Positions 1 to 11,525 of a stretch of 64,000 nucleotides of DNA are shown in pieces. Every line of letters starts with the position of its first letter. Position 1 is the stretch's first letter. Below the pieces are notes generated by a model that searched no databases, had not been told where the DNA came from, and worked only from the letters and a program-made list of their open reading frames with translations. The stretch is from Felis catus (lineage: Eukaryota). The position numbers were made by a program, and so were the translations under genes. Location of the stretch: contig NC_058373.1 in NCBI RefSeq assembly GCF_018350175.1, positions 99,574,001-99,638,000 on the forward strand, in the 5' to 3' direction.

Positions 1-54
1 CTCCGGTCATTATCCCAGGGTCAGGATCTATGTTGAGCGTGGACCCTGCTTAAG

Positions 55-107
<53 letters not shown>

Positions 108-180
108 CCCTCTCCCTCTGCCCCTCTCCTCCCATGCCCTGCTGTGTGTTTTCTCTCTCTCTCTCTCTCAAAAAAAAAAA
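1..180 (+). mobile_element. Can-SINE, 3' part (cut by window edge)
   Basis: CCTGCTTAAGATTCTCTC, (TC)n tract, CTCTGCCCCTC, ending in poly-A. Confidence 0.85.
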
Positions 181-183
181 GAG

Positions 184-230
<47 letters not shown>

Positions 231-233
231 AAA
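184..233. repeat. (GAAA)n microsatellite derived from SINE tail
   Basis: Directly visible tetranucleotide run. Confidence 0.95.
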
Positions 234-245
234 GAGTCCTTATCT

Positions 246-350
246 GGGGCACCTGGCTGGCTCAGTCAGTAGAACATGGGACTCTTAATCTGGGGGTTGT
301 GAGTTCAAGCCCCATGTTGCACATAAGAGTTTATATATATAAAAAAAAAA
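246..350 (+). mobile_element. Short Can-SINE lacking the CT tract
   Basis: GGGGCACCTGGCTGGCTCAGT head, B-box-like GAGTTCAAGCCC, A tail; TSD GTCCTTATCT at 236-245 and 351-360. Confidence 0.9.
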
Positions 351-573
351 GTCCTTATCTGTTAGCAACACATTCTGAAGTTTTTATAATTGAAATGTAA
401 GGATTGCTTTAAAACTGCATACTCTAGGTTAAAAAAGTAGAAGAGACATAAGTAAAACAAATTTGGTAAAATATTGATAAATATTGAAGCTGGGTTCAAT
501 ATATTATCCTCTCTGTTATTTTGTGTGTTTGAAAACGACATTAATAGAAAAGGTTTTAAAAAAAGATATTATT

Positions 574-741
574 GGGGGTGCCTGGGTGGCTCAGTAAGTT
601 AAGTGTCTGACTTCGGCTCAGGTCACAATCTCACGGTGGGTGAGTTTGAGCCCCGCATGGGTCTGTGTGCTGACAGCTCAGAGCCTGGAGCCTGCTTCCG
701 ATTCTGTGACTCCTTCTCTCTCTGCCCCTTCCCCATTGCGT

Positions 742-780
<39 letters not shown>

Positions 781-793
781 AAAAAAAAAAATT
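574..793 (+). mobile_element. SINEC_Fc-type Can-SINE
   Basis: Full head/CT-tract/A-tail structure; TSD AAAAAAGATATTATT on both sides. Confidence 0.95.
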
Positions 794-2199
794 AAAAAAG
801 ATATTATTTAGAAACACTAAAGAATACTGAAATAAATGGAGAGATGTAAGGATACTTAAAAAGTAATTAACTAATTTAATTAATTAATGAAACACAAGAA
901 GCAAGAGCAAATCCAGCCCAAATCCCATGCCTCAAGATCCAGCTAGGAGCAGAGTGTGTCTGAAATTCTTTCAAAGTCCCAGTTCAGGGCCTGGACTCAG
1001 CTCCAGATGCCCCTTGACCCTTGGGCCTCCCCTGCCTAGGACAGTAATTTGTGTTCCCAGCCTCCCGGTTGGAGACCCTTTGTGTAGCAGGCTCCACGTG
1101 GAGTCTCATAATTCACAGAGCCCTCCTGGACACGCGTGAATAGTTGGTCACATTCTCCACATTTTTATGCAGATGACATTGCACAGGGTGGAAATTGGGG
1201 GCTGGGGCAGCTGATTAGGAAATCACCAGAGGCAGCTCAAGAAAAAAACAAAACAAACAAAAAAAAAACATCCCTAAGAGACACCACAGGAAACCAGCAT
1301 AAACTCACATGCCTTGGGGTTTGCTCCTTCTGCACTGGGTTGTGAGCCTCAGGCCTGCGGCCAGTGTCCTTTTCTCCAGCTCCTATCTCCCCCAACCAGC
1401 TGCTATTTCCCCTTACTCCCTTTCCTCCCACCCAAGGCACAGGAGGAAACTCTCATTCCATTTAGAGAACTCCTAGTGCTTCCTGCGGCCAGTGATGATT
1501 CATTTTTATTCCCCTGAATCTTCCCCATGGCAGAGTATTGTTTTCCATATCCTTCCCACCCCCTACCCCCTCCAGGAAAGAACAAAAGGCAACAGTAGGT
1601 CTTCTGGCTGGAGTCTATGCTAGATAGACCATGACATCCCATACCTGGCTTGGGCCAAGGGTTCTTCCAGCCCCCTTAGATTTCACAGAGCATTTTGAGA
1701 TTAAACTCTCAACAGTGGGATACATTTGCTTTCCGGCTGAGACTCTGTATTATATGATTCATCTGTTCCCTAATATTTCCAGTCATAGTCATGAAATCTG
1801 GCCTCTACCCCTGCTGCAAACCCTTGTGTTTATAAGGAGTAACCTAAGTAACCTACCACATTTTCAGAGTTGAAATCGTGCTTCCTGCCCCATGAGTTTG
1901 TAAACTCAGCAAGACAGACTGTTGCCGATCAACCGTGCTTGAAAAGTTGGTACAGTTGCACTAAGTGCTAAATAAGGCAGGTGTGAGTGAGAACTTGATC
2001 ATCACACTTCTACCCCAAACTATGGCCCAAAATGGGACCTTCAACTGTATTTTATTTCAGCTTTGTGATCTCAAACGGAGCCACCTTCATTTTAGCAAAA
2101 TTGAAGGATTAAAAAGGGACCCAAGTCATCCAGAATTCTATTGGCAGCAGAGGGCAAGTAAGATTCTCAGAATCACAGAAAGCGCGTGGTAGACCGATG

Positions 2200-2330
2200 T
2201 CAGCCGGCTTCTACCCTTTCTTTTCACAGATGAGGAAACAAGTCCAGAGAGAGTCATATTTTGCCTAAGAGAAGTAAGTTGAAAGCAGGTTCAAAACCAA
2301 GGTTACCACAAAAGACTCAAAACCCATTCC
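2200..2330. mobile_element. MIR fragment
   Basis: Core-like TTTTCACAGATGAGGAAACAAG...TTGCCTAAG. Confidence 0.55.
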
Positions 2331-2339
2331 CGCATTCAT

Positions 2340-2700
2340 GTCAGCTTCTCAAGTGTCCTCCTTACTGGTGTTCGCCTCCTTGCTGGTCTCTTCTCGTCAC
2401 TTCTACCTGTCCTCCGTACTACTACTTGCCACAGCCACCTTCTCGATGGCTCGTTTGTGATCATGTCTCTCCTGGCCCGGAACTATTCCATCGTTCTTGA
2501 CTGTTCCCGCTGACATTTCAGGGGCGTCTCACATTGCAAATGTGTGCCTTTTTCAGACCACATGGAAAAGTAGCTGATCCTCAAGCAAATTCGGGACTTA
2601 CCTGCATCTTTTCCCATGCAGTTGTCTCTGCCCAGACGATTCTTCCTCTTTATCTTTACCAGGCAAGATCCTCTTAACCTTTAGAGGCTCAGTTCAGATA
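2340..2700. mobile_element. L2 fragment (degraded)
   Basis: CCTCCTTACTGGT...CAGCCA...TGATCATGTC...TTGTCTCTGCCCAG pattern recalled from L2 consensus. Confidence 0.45.
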
Positions 2701-2722
2701 TGAAACATCAAAAACCACAGGT

Positions 2723-2858
2723 GGGGTGCCAGGCTGGCTCCATCCGAAGAAAATGCAACCCTTGATCTTGGGGTTGTGAGTTTGAGCCCCACCTTGGGTG
2801 CAGAGATTACTAAAAAGATAAAAAAGAAACAAACATATACAAAAAGAAAAAAAAAAAA
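2723..2858 (+). mobile_element. Short Can-SINE
   Basis: GGGGTGCCAGGCTGGCTC head, CTTGATCTTGGGGTTGTGAGTTTGAGCCCC, A-rich tail. Confidence 0.88.
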
Positions 2859-3672
2859 GCCGCGAGCAAATCTGAGAAGCTGTTGAAATACCTCCCCTCT
2901 TTCCAGCTTCTTATCTGGGTGAGGCTGGATTTTTTTCACAGGCTTCAGCATAAACAATAGAGCACAAACAGACTGAATATAAAAGCACATATGTGAGACT
3001 CTGATCATCGCTAACCACTAACTCTACTACGTTTTGAATAGACATTCAAGGAATTGGATATCTTCATTTGTTCCCTGTCATTTAATTAGTACAGATAAAC
3101 ATGGCTTCCTTCTTTGTCTAGAAACTTTTTTCTTTGGAAAACAAAAGATCTTGATCAAGATAATTTTACTTGGCTGTCTGGGCTTTGCTAACAGCAGAAT
3201 GATTATATCACCTTACACTGTAAATATTTTGTAGTTTATAAATGCCGTACCGTCCACTCAAATACCCTAAGGAAAATGAGGTCAAGATGGGATTTACCCT
3301 CAGTCATATAGTGAATAGCAGAAACCTAACTAAAACCCTGGCTTTATGATTCAAGGTTGTTTGCTGCCCCGTTACTCTTCTTACTCTGGAAAGTAGTTTT
3401 CCACAGACAATTTGTTAGAGGAGGGAGGGGAGAAATGAAAGAGACCAGTCAACTCCGCATTTGAGAAAGACTGAATGTTTCATGCATAGACAGGACTAAA
3501 GAGAGTGGGATTATTGGGTGTGGTGGGTATTGGGTCCAAACTACATGCAAACAATTCAGATTCTTTATTCAAGTTACACAGAATTGTGGGAATAGGGAGA
3601 AAATCCTATTTGCTTCATAATCAAAGACAGTGTTCCTTCTATTTGAACCCTCAAGAGGGCACTACCTTTTAA

Positions 3673-3891
3673 AAAAAATTTTTTTTAATGTTTATTTATT
3701 TTTGACTGACAGACAGAGGATGAGTGGGGGAGGGGCAGAGAGAGAGGGAGAAACTGAATCCAAAGCAGGCTCCAGGCTCTGAGCTGTCAGCACAGAGCAC
3801 GCACGATGCAGGGCTTGAACTCACAGACCTCAAGATCATGACCTGAGCTGAAGTCAGACGCTCAACCGGCTGAGCCACCCAGGCACCCCCC
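3673..3891 (-). mobile_element. SINEC_Fc-type Can-SINE
   Basis: Reverse-complement SINE; TSD GAGGGCACTACCTTTTAA at 3655-3672 and 3892-3909. Confidence 0.95.
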
Positions 3892-3967
3892 GAGGGCACT
3901 ACCTTTTAATCTCTGCCAAAACACGAGAAGTAGCCTGATACTGGTCATGGGGTACTGGGTTTCCTTT

Positions 3968-4338
3968 TATCTTTTATTTTTATACTTTGAACACTTTTAA
4001 TTCTTGGGGTGCCTGTGTGACTCAGTTAAGCGTTCAACTCTTGATTTCAGCTCAGGTCATGATCTCTTGTTTCGTGAGTTTGGCTTGGGGGTCTGCGTTA
4101 ACAGCACAGAGTCTGCTTGGGATTCTCTCTCTCCTTCTCTCTCTGCTCCTCCTCCGCTTGTGTGCATGCTCTCTCATGCTTTGTGCACTCCCTCTCTCTC
4201 TGTCTCTCAAAATAAATAAATAAACATTGAAAAATTTTTTTTATTCTTAAATGATCTCTATACCCAACATAGGGCTCAAACTCACAACCCTAAAATCAAC
4301 AGTCTCATGCTCTACCAACTCAGCTAGCCAGGCACCCC
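3968..4338 (-). mobile_element. Short Can-SINE with its tail interrupted by another SINE
   Basis: Body 4250-4338 (CAGCCAGG-like end, GGCACCCC); T-rich tail at about 3968-4005; degenerate TSD TGGGYTTCYTTT. Confidence 0.75.
4006..4240 (+). mobile_element. Can-SINE nested in the preceding SINE
   Basis: GGGGTGCCTGTGTGACTCAG head to AATAAATAAAC tail; flanked by ATTCTT-containing repeats. Confidence 0.92.
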
Positions 4339-4401
4339 TGGGCTTCTTTTTAAATTGTTGTGTCTTAAAAAAATAAACATTAAAATTTTTTTAAAAAGTG
4401 G

Positions 4402-4600
4402 GGGGCACCTGGATGGCTCAGCTGGTTAAGTGTCCGACTTCGGTTCTGGTCATGATCTCACGGTTCGTGAGATCTGAGAGCTCAGAGCCTGGAGCCGGCT
4501 TCAGGTTCTTTGTCTCCCTCTCTCACTGCTGCTCCTCCTCTTGTACTCTCTCTCTCTCTCTCAAAAATAAATAAGACATTTAAAAAGTTAAAAAAAAAAG
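4402..4600 (+). mobile_element. Can-SINE, internally deleted variant
   Basis: Head and tail intact; GTGAGATCTGAGAGCTCAGAGCC replaces the B-box segment. Confidence 0.92.
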
Positions 4601-5094
4601 AAATTGCTGTGTTTTCACTCTATCCATTTGTTATAGCTTTGTTTCAAGTATAAACAGACAAACAGTAAAATCAAGGGAGGGGGAAGTTATGTAAACAGTC
4701 AGAATGATGATTTCTTCAGAAGCTGAGAGTAGTTTATAGAATCTGTCATCAGGGTCTCTTCCATTTATTGTTTGCCTCCTTTATAAGACTTCTCCCCAAA
4801 GACTTGGCAACTTTGCATGGCTCCTCTCAATTTGCAAAGATTTTCGTAACATTTGTCCATTGGTCCTAAGAACTTTACCTCTATGAGGAAAGTAGGCTGG
4901 GTATTATTGGCCTGGGGAGCCTCTGGTAAGCAGAATTGTTTAAAAGTGATTAAAAAAAAAAAATCACTCTAGACTGCTTGGACAATGAGTTGGTAGGATG
5001 GAGACAAACGACCCCAGTGCAGCCCCCACAGGTCCAGCACTGCCTTCCACTTGGAGAAGAGGAAACACCAGAGCTCTGTGTTCCTCAGACCAAG

Positions 5095-5204
5095 GACCCA
5101 GTGCTTCTGGTTCAGTCAGTATAGGGCACAGCTTGAGAATGTGCATTTGAATCAGATTCCCAGTAGATATTTCTGGTCAGGGACTACACTTTGAGAATCT
5201 CTGC
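5095..5204. mobile_element. MER5A-like hAT-Charlie MITE fragment
   Basis: GAGAATGTGCATTTGAA...CTGGTCAGGGACTACACTTTGAGAA terminal motif. Confidence 0.65.
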
Positions 5205-5206
5205 CA

Positions 5207-5259
5207 TGTATATTATATATTATATGTATATTATATACAGTAATATATATATATGTATG

Positions 5260-5308
<49 letters not shown>
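5207..5308. repeat. (TA)n-rich microsatellite
   Basis: Directly visible, pure TA run at about 5265-5303. Confidence 0.95.
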
Positions 5309-5309
<1 letters not shown>

Positions 5310-5845
5310 GGTTTGAGAATCTCATACTGTGTAAGTTTGCAGAATTGGTCCACAAGCTTGCTGTGGCATCCGTGTCCATGAAGGAACTCACTGTTTATGA
5401 ATGGCCCTTTTTACAGATGAGGAGGATGAATAGGGATTGTGTGATTTGTCCAAGGTCACACTGATAAGAGATTTGGTATAGTCCAAAGTAGCAACGTCCT
5501 CTGATTCCTAATCAAGGGTAGTTCCTAAGGCTATTTAGTCCTTTGTAACTTTCTTTAACAGCAGACAGGGATGATTGACAATTGTTACAAAGTGTTCAAT
5601 AAATATATGTTTAGTTGAACTTTTAGCTGAGCACATCTAAGGAAATAGGAAAGGAAAAAGAATCCTTCCTATTTTTATCCATGACATATTGTGGGAGATA
5701 GAAATGTCCTTAGTTATACCTGAGAACATCAAGCATAGAAACATATAAAATACTTAATTTCAGCTCTTTAGAATTGCATGTCTAAATGCTGTTGGCTTCT
5801 CAAAGATAGTGGATTTCAACCCCATTTAATAAAAAAAAATTTTGA

Positions 5846-6085
5846 GGGGCACCTGTGTGGCTCAGTTGGTTAAGCATCTGGCTCTTGCTTTTGGCTCAGG
5901 TCACAATCTCATGGTCATGGGATGGAGCCCCAAGTCGGGCTCTGCATTGGCAGCTCAGAGACTGCGTGGGATTCTCTCTTCCTCTCTTTCTGTCTCTCTC
6001 TCTCTCCCTGGCCCTCCCTCTCTCCTGCATGCCCGTGCTCTCTCCCCCCCATCTCTTAAAATAAATAATAAATAAACTTAAAAAC
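5846..6085 (+). mobile_element. Can-SINE (older subfamily)
   Basis: GGGGCACCTGTGTGGCTCAG head, CT tract, A-rich tail. Confidence 0.92.
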
Positions 6086-6360
6086 AAATTTGATGTTCAC
6101 TGTGAGAAATATTTCTGCGGGGGCTGCAAATAAGATCTGGTCTGTGACTTAAAGGAATATAAAGTCTAATGGGAAAAAACAGAATGTTCATAATTAAGTA
6201 CAGTGTTATGTCAGATGGAATGTGATATCTACTAAAAATAGAGCTTCAAACTATACAGTGCAGAGAGATGGAAGAGACAGACAGGTTTCACTTAGCAGCA
6301 TTAATGGAGGATCTGTGGAGGATGTGGATACTACACCAAACTACCAAGTGTTCGTTTCTT

Positions 6361-6580
6361 TTTTAAATTTTTTTTTTCAACGTTTATTTATTTTTGGGAC
6401 AGAGAGAGACAGAGCATGAACGGGCGAGGGGCAGAGAGAGAGGGAGACACAGAATCGGAAACAGGCTCCAGGCTCCGAGCCATCAGCCCAGAGCCTGACG
6501 CGGGGCTCGAACTCACGGACCGTGAGATCGTGACCTGGCTGAAGTCGGACGCTTAACCGACTGCGCCACCCAGGCGCCCC
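6361..6580 (-). mobile_element. Young SINEC_Fc element
   Basis: CpG-rich, GGCGCAGTCGGTTAAGCGTCCGACTTCAGCCAGG type; TSD CAAGTRTTCGTTTCTT. Confidence 0.97.
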
Positions 6581-6599
6581 CAAGTATTCGTTTCTTAAA

Positions 6600-7540
6600 G
6601 ATTAATAACAATATAGAATCTGAAACCATAGCAATGAGCTGTTTGTACTCTGTTACGTTAAAACCCATTGAACTATCTTGCACTTTGAATAGACCTATTA
6701 CCCACGCATAAGGGAAAATAGTGGTTCACAGAGTTAAACAGATCTTCGAGTTTTTGACACATTTAATTATCCAATACAAAAAATATCAAATTCATTAATT
6801 ATCACCACCATCATCACATTAATCAGAAGAGTCTTCAAATATAGAGAACTAGTGAAGCTCACTGTGACCAAGATACCAGTTTTCTGGATTTCCAGATTTT
6901 CACTTGAGAGATCCAGTTTTATCACAAATCCTGGCACGAATGCGCTTAGTTGTTTTTCTTAAAGGAATAAGCTCACTTTCTTTTTTGAGAAAATATCTGC
7001 CAAATACCCAAGTTTGAAAAACCGTAATTTGTTTGCCAGATCTTTTTTTTTTTTAAAGGAAAAATGGTGTTGCAAAAAATAAATAAATAAAAGGGACTCT
7101 TGTTCAGACTGCACGAGTGTTTTTCTTCAAGAGGGTTATTCTTCTCGGATATGCAACAAGACTGCCTTATGTGTACTCCCATGTGGTCACACTGAATTAA
7201 AGGACATGAATTCAAGGTCATCATTTGATAAAATTAATGATTTTGCTGCTTGATTAAAGCCATTCTTAGGCTTTTCTTGGCTCTCCCACCTCCCTCTTTT
7301 TGCAAATGGTGTGACGGTGAAGAATACGTTGACTACTGATAGTTTGGTGCCAGTATCTTGACTCATGCTGAGGTGCCCGCATTTTTAACCATCAGTGTCT
7401 TTGTGCTGTTTGTGCAGATATCAACCCAGGGAAAGAGGCGAATAATGTCTTCATATTAGTGTGAAAATACTTCGACTCCATGGGCTCTCTGAAAGGGTCT
7501 CAGTGACCCGCAAGAATCTGGGAAACACAGTTTGAGAAAG
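6600..7540. mobile_element. hAT-Charlie (Charlie1-like) DNA transposon remnant
   Basis: Terminal segment TGAAAATA...CTGAAAGGGTCTCAG..ACC...CACAGTTTGAGAA resembles recalled Charlie1 end; left boundary uncertain. Confidence 0.55.
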
Positions 7541-7804
7541 AGAAATCTTTCTGCCTCAAAGATTGCGCTGTGACTTCATCTGAAACCTTTCCTGAGAAAG
7601 TTAGTCTGAAACAGACCATACATAGAAAGAAAGCTGGAAGAAAAAAAAAAAATAGGAAAAAACTAAGGCCAACACTCCAAGGCACGAGGAGCCTTCTAAG
7701 AAAAACTTTTATCTTCTTCTGCCCCCTCGTGGTCAACCATCAATACAACAGTTAGCTGCCCAGCAGGATTGTTGTTAAGTCGGACAAAGAATGGTTTCCT
7801 CCTT

Positions 7805-7829
7805 GGGGGGGGGGGGGGGGGGGGGGGGG
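7805..7829 (+). repeat. Poly-G homopolymer (25 G)
   Basis: Directly visible. Confidence 0.97.
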
Positions 7830-8189
7830 CTGCATTTTACAGCCGCACTTCCAGCATTCACTTCTAGATCCAAGTGTGTTTGATCCTTTAGTGACTAAAA
7901 CCCAAGAGAATAAATTGTCATCATGATAAAGGCTGAGGATAGGGACTCTGGTGCCTACTTCACTCTCAGAGGTATTGCTGTCACCCTTTTTCTCCCAGTG
8001 GCCCCGGGGCTTGGCAACCTGTGTCTGTGAAAACCTCTGCTACCTTTCCATAGAGGAAAAAAAACTATAATCCTAGAGTTTTCTCTTGCTTTCCTATGCC
8101 TAAAGCAAGTGAAAAAAGAAAAAAAAGGATTCTAAGTGTCTTCCTGTATAAAAAGAAGGTTGACCCAGGATTTAAAAAGCTGTCCTCTA

Positions 8190-8404
8190 GGGTTGCCTGG
8201 TTGGCTCAGTCGGTTGAGTGTCCGGCTTTGGCTCAGGTCATGATCCCACAGTTCGTGGGTTCGAGCCCAGCATCGGGCTCTGTGCTGACAGCTCAGAGCC
8301 TGGAGCCTGCTTTGGATTCTGTGTCTGCCTCTCTCTCTCTCTGCCCCTCCCCTGCTCACACTCTGTCTCTGTCTCTCAAAAATAAATAAAATGTAAAAAA
8401 AAAA
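8190..8404 (+). mobile_element. SINEC_Fc-type Can-SINE
   Basis: Full structure; TSD AAAAAGCTGTCCTCT. Confidence 0.95.
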
Positions 8405-8513
8405 AAAAAGCTGTCCTCTGTGCCTCAAAAGTCCACACACAGATGTTCTGATACCTGCCCTCTTCACACTTCATGATGAACTGGCAGATGTGGATTATGT
8501 GAGAGAAACCTGA

Positions 8514-9942
8514 AGACCAGGGTTACCTGAGGGGTCCATGTATCATTTAAGCTGGTGCCTAAGTGGAGACCAGGGTTACCTGAGGGGTCCATGTATCATT
8601 TAAGCTGGTGCCTAAGTGGAGACCAGGGTTACCTGAGGGGTCCATGTATCATTTAAGCTGGTGCCTAAGTGGAGACCAGGGTTACCTGAGGGGTCCATGT
8701 ATCATTTAAGCTGGTGCCTAAGTGGAGACCAGGGTTACCTGAGGGGTCCATGTATCATTTAAGCTGGTGCCTAAGTGGAGACCAGGGTTACCTGAGGGGT
8801 CCATGTATCATTTAAGCTGGTGCCTAAGTGGAGACCAGGGTTACCTGAGGGGTCCATGTATCATTTAAGCTGGTGCCTAAGTGGAGACCAGGGTTACCTG
8901 AGGGGTCCATGTATCATTTAAGCTGGTGCCTAAGTGGAGACCAGGGTTACCTGAGGGGTCCATGTATCATTTAAGCTGGTGCCTAAGTGGAGACCAGGGT
9001 TACCTGAGGGGTCCATGTATCATTTAAGCTGGTGCCTAAGTGGAGACCAGGGTTACCTGAGGGGTCCATGTATCATTTAAGCTGGTGCCTAAGTGGAGAC
9101 CAGGGTTACCTGAGGGGTCCATGTATCATTTAAGCTGGTGCCTAAGTGGAGACCAGGGTTACCTGAGGGGTCCATGTATCATTTAAGCTGGTGCCTAAGT
9201 GGAGACCAGGGTTACCTGAGGGGTCCATGTATCATTTAAGCTGGTGCCTAAGTGGAGACCAGGGTTACCTGAGGGGTCCATGTATCATTTAAGCTGGTGC
9301 CTAAGTGGAGACCAGGGTTACCTGAGGGGTCCATGTATCATTTAAGCTGGTGCCTAAGTGGAGACCAGGGTTACCTGAGGGGTCCATGTATCATTTAAGC
9401 TGGTGCCTAAGTGGAGACCAGGGTTACCTGAGGGGTCCATGTATCATTTAAGCTGGTGCCTAAGTGGAGACCAGGGTTACCTGAGGGGTCCATGTATCAT
9501 TTAAGCTGGTGCCTAAGTGGAGACCAGGGTTACCTGAGGGGTCCATGTATCATTTAAGCTGGTGCCTAAGTGGAGACCAGGGTTACCTGAGGGGTCCATG
9601 TATCATTTAAGCTGGTGCCTAAGTGGAGACCAGGGTTACCTGAGGGGTCCATGTATCATTTAAGCTGGTGCCTAAGTGGAGACCAGGGTTACCTGAGGGG
9701 TCCATGTATCATTTAAGCTGGTGCCTAAGTGGAGACCAGGGTTACCTGAGGGGTCCATGTATCATTTAAGCTGGTGCCTAAGTGGAGACCAGGGTTACCT
9801 GAGGGGTCCATGTATCATTTAAGCTGGTGCCTAAGTGGAGACCAGGGTTACCTGAGGGGTCCATGTATCATTTAAGCTGGTGCCTAAGTGGAGACCAGGG
9901 TTACCTGAGGGGTCCATGTATCATTTAAGCTGGTGCCTAAGT
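8514..9942. repeat. 53-bp minisatellite (VNTR-like), 26 full copies plus a 51-bp last copy
   Basis: Unit AGACCAGGGTTACCTGAGGGGTCCATGTATCATTTAAGCTGGTGCCTAAGTGG; unit starts at 8514, 8567 ... 9892 (=8514+26x53); no variant unit seen by eye. Confidence 0.98.
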
Positions 9943-10385
9943 CCTCCCAGTGGAGGGACATGGAAGAAGAAGCAGGACCCGGGGCTGAGGCTGAGGTGGC
10001 AGGCAAAGAGAGCGGCAGAGCCCTTGGGTTTTCCTCTACCTGCTTCCCTCTCTCTTCCTCTCTTGCCAAGCTACCTGTGCGGATGTGAGCGCTAAAGCAA
10101 ACCGTGGCCCCCGGGCTGAGGGAAGCTGCTGTGCACAGCTCAGAGGAGACGGAGAGAGAGGAAAGGGAAGACATGCCCTGGGGCTGGGGTGCTGGTGGAG
10201 GGAAGTCACGCGCCTCTGGTCTCCAGGAGCCCATGGATCAGGGTTATTCATAGGTAAGAAATTAGGGGGCAAAGCTGAAGGGTAAGCTGAGGACCCTGAG
10301 TAACTACAGAGGCAGAGATGCTAATTCAGAACTCTGCGAGGCTGAGCTGAGAGTGAAGGGATTAAATAAGAAGTGAGACCTTTGT

Positions 10386-10610
10386 GGGGCGCCTGGGTGG
10401 CTCGGTCGGTTAAGGGTGCGACTTCATCTCAGTTCATGATCTCGCGGTTCGCGAGTTCGAGCCCCGAGTCAGGTTCTGTGCTGACAGCTCACAGCCTGGA
10501 GCCTGCCTCGGATTCTGTGTCTCCCTCTCTCTCTGACCCTCCCCCGTTCATGCTCTGTCTCTCTCTGTCTCAAAAATAAATAAACATTAAAAAAAATTAA
10601 AAAAAAAAAA
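10386..10610 (+). mobile_element. SINEC_Fc-type Can-SINE
   Basis: TSD AAGAAGTGAGACCTTTGT at 10368-10385 and 10611-10628. Confidence 0.96.
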
Positions 10611-11229
10611 AAGAAGTGAGACCTTTGTCCTTATGTCCCAGTCCTTTGTCCAAGCCTTGATTGAATCCATTTCACAGAACGTGAATTCTTCAGATTTATG
10701 CTAATGTCAAAGGCAGGGGAGGGACTGGGGCAATCCCAAATCCCCCTTGTGCTCTTCAGTGCCCTTCTCCTTCTGGTTCCTGCATATTCTCCCATGGCCT
10801 CTCCTGGCTCTAGTCCACCTGGAAACACTCTAGCCACGGACTTGTCATTCCCCCAACTAGTCGTGTTATCACTTGTTTTCTGTACCGGCTTCTACTGCTC
10901 TGCAGAGTGCCCCCTTGGGGCGCTCTCTGCACTCACCCGCCAGAGGCCATCTGAGCTGTCCTGACCGCCTGAGACAGGGCCACGGCCACAGGCTCCCGCT
11001 GCACCCGAAGCTTACCCCTAGTTTCACACTGACGGCTTTAAGCTGCACATCCTGGTCAGTCTGTCTCTGCCAAACCGTCAGTGCTCTGAGGCCGGGACTG
11101 TGGATATTCCTGCTGTACTCCTGCTCCCAGCACAGTGTCTGCAGACGGCAGGCCCACGGTGAAACCTTAGAGTGCTCTGGGATCCGGCTTTGACTGTGGA
11201 CTCTTAGATCACTTGAGTTACACATACTT

Positions 11230-11525
11230 CAGAGGAATTCTTCTCATGCTTGAAGGCATAGCTCAACATCTCCTCCTCCTTGGAGTCTTCCTTCCCTGAT
11301 GTACCCATTCCCACTAATATTTGGTCCTTCCTCTGTAGCTATAGCCTAATATTTGCAATGATGGTACCATATACCTAACTGGCTTGCAGGAGAGGCGTTT
11401 AGTTCATTATATGTGGATCTTCCCCACTGGAGTTCAAGCTACTTGAAGGCAGAGGACACACTCCCAGGTTTATTCCCTCCTAGTTTATCTTGCCTAGAAG
11501 TCACTATAAAATATGCATTAATTTC
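11230..11525. mobile_element. L2 3' fragment
   Basis: GCTCAACATCTCCTCCTCCTTGGAGTCTTCC...CCCCACTGGAGTTCAAGCTACTTGAAGGCAGAG resembles L2 3' end. Confidence 0.55.

Noticed and set aside
8514..9942. CRISPR array or repeat-protein CDS
   Set aside because: No unique spacers, no cas genes, mammalian context; 53 is not a multiple of 3 and stops recur in all frames. The ORFs at 9880-10234 are run-off from the last unit.
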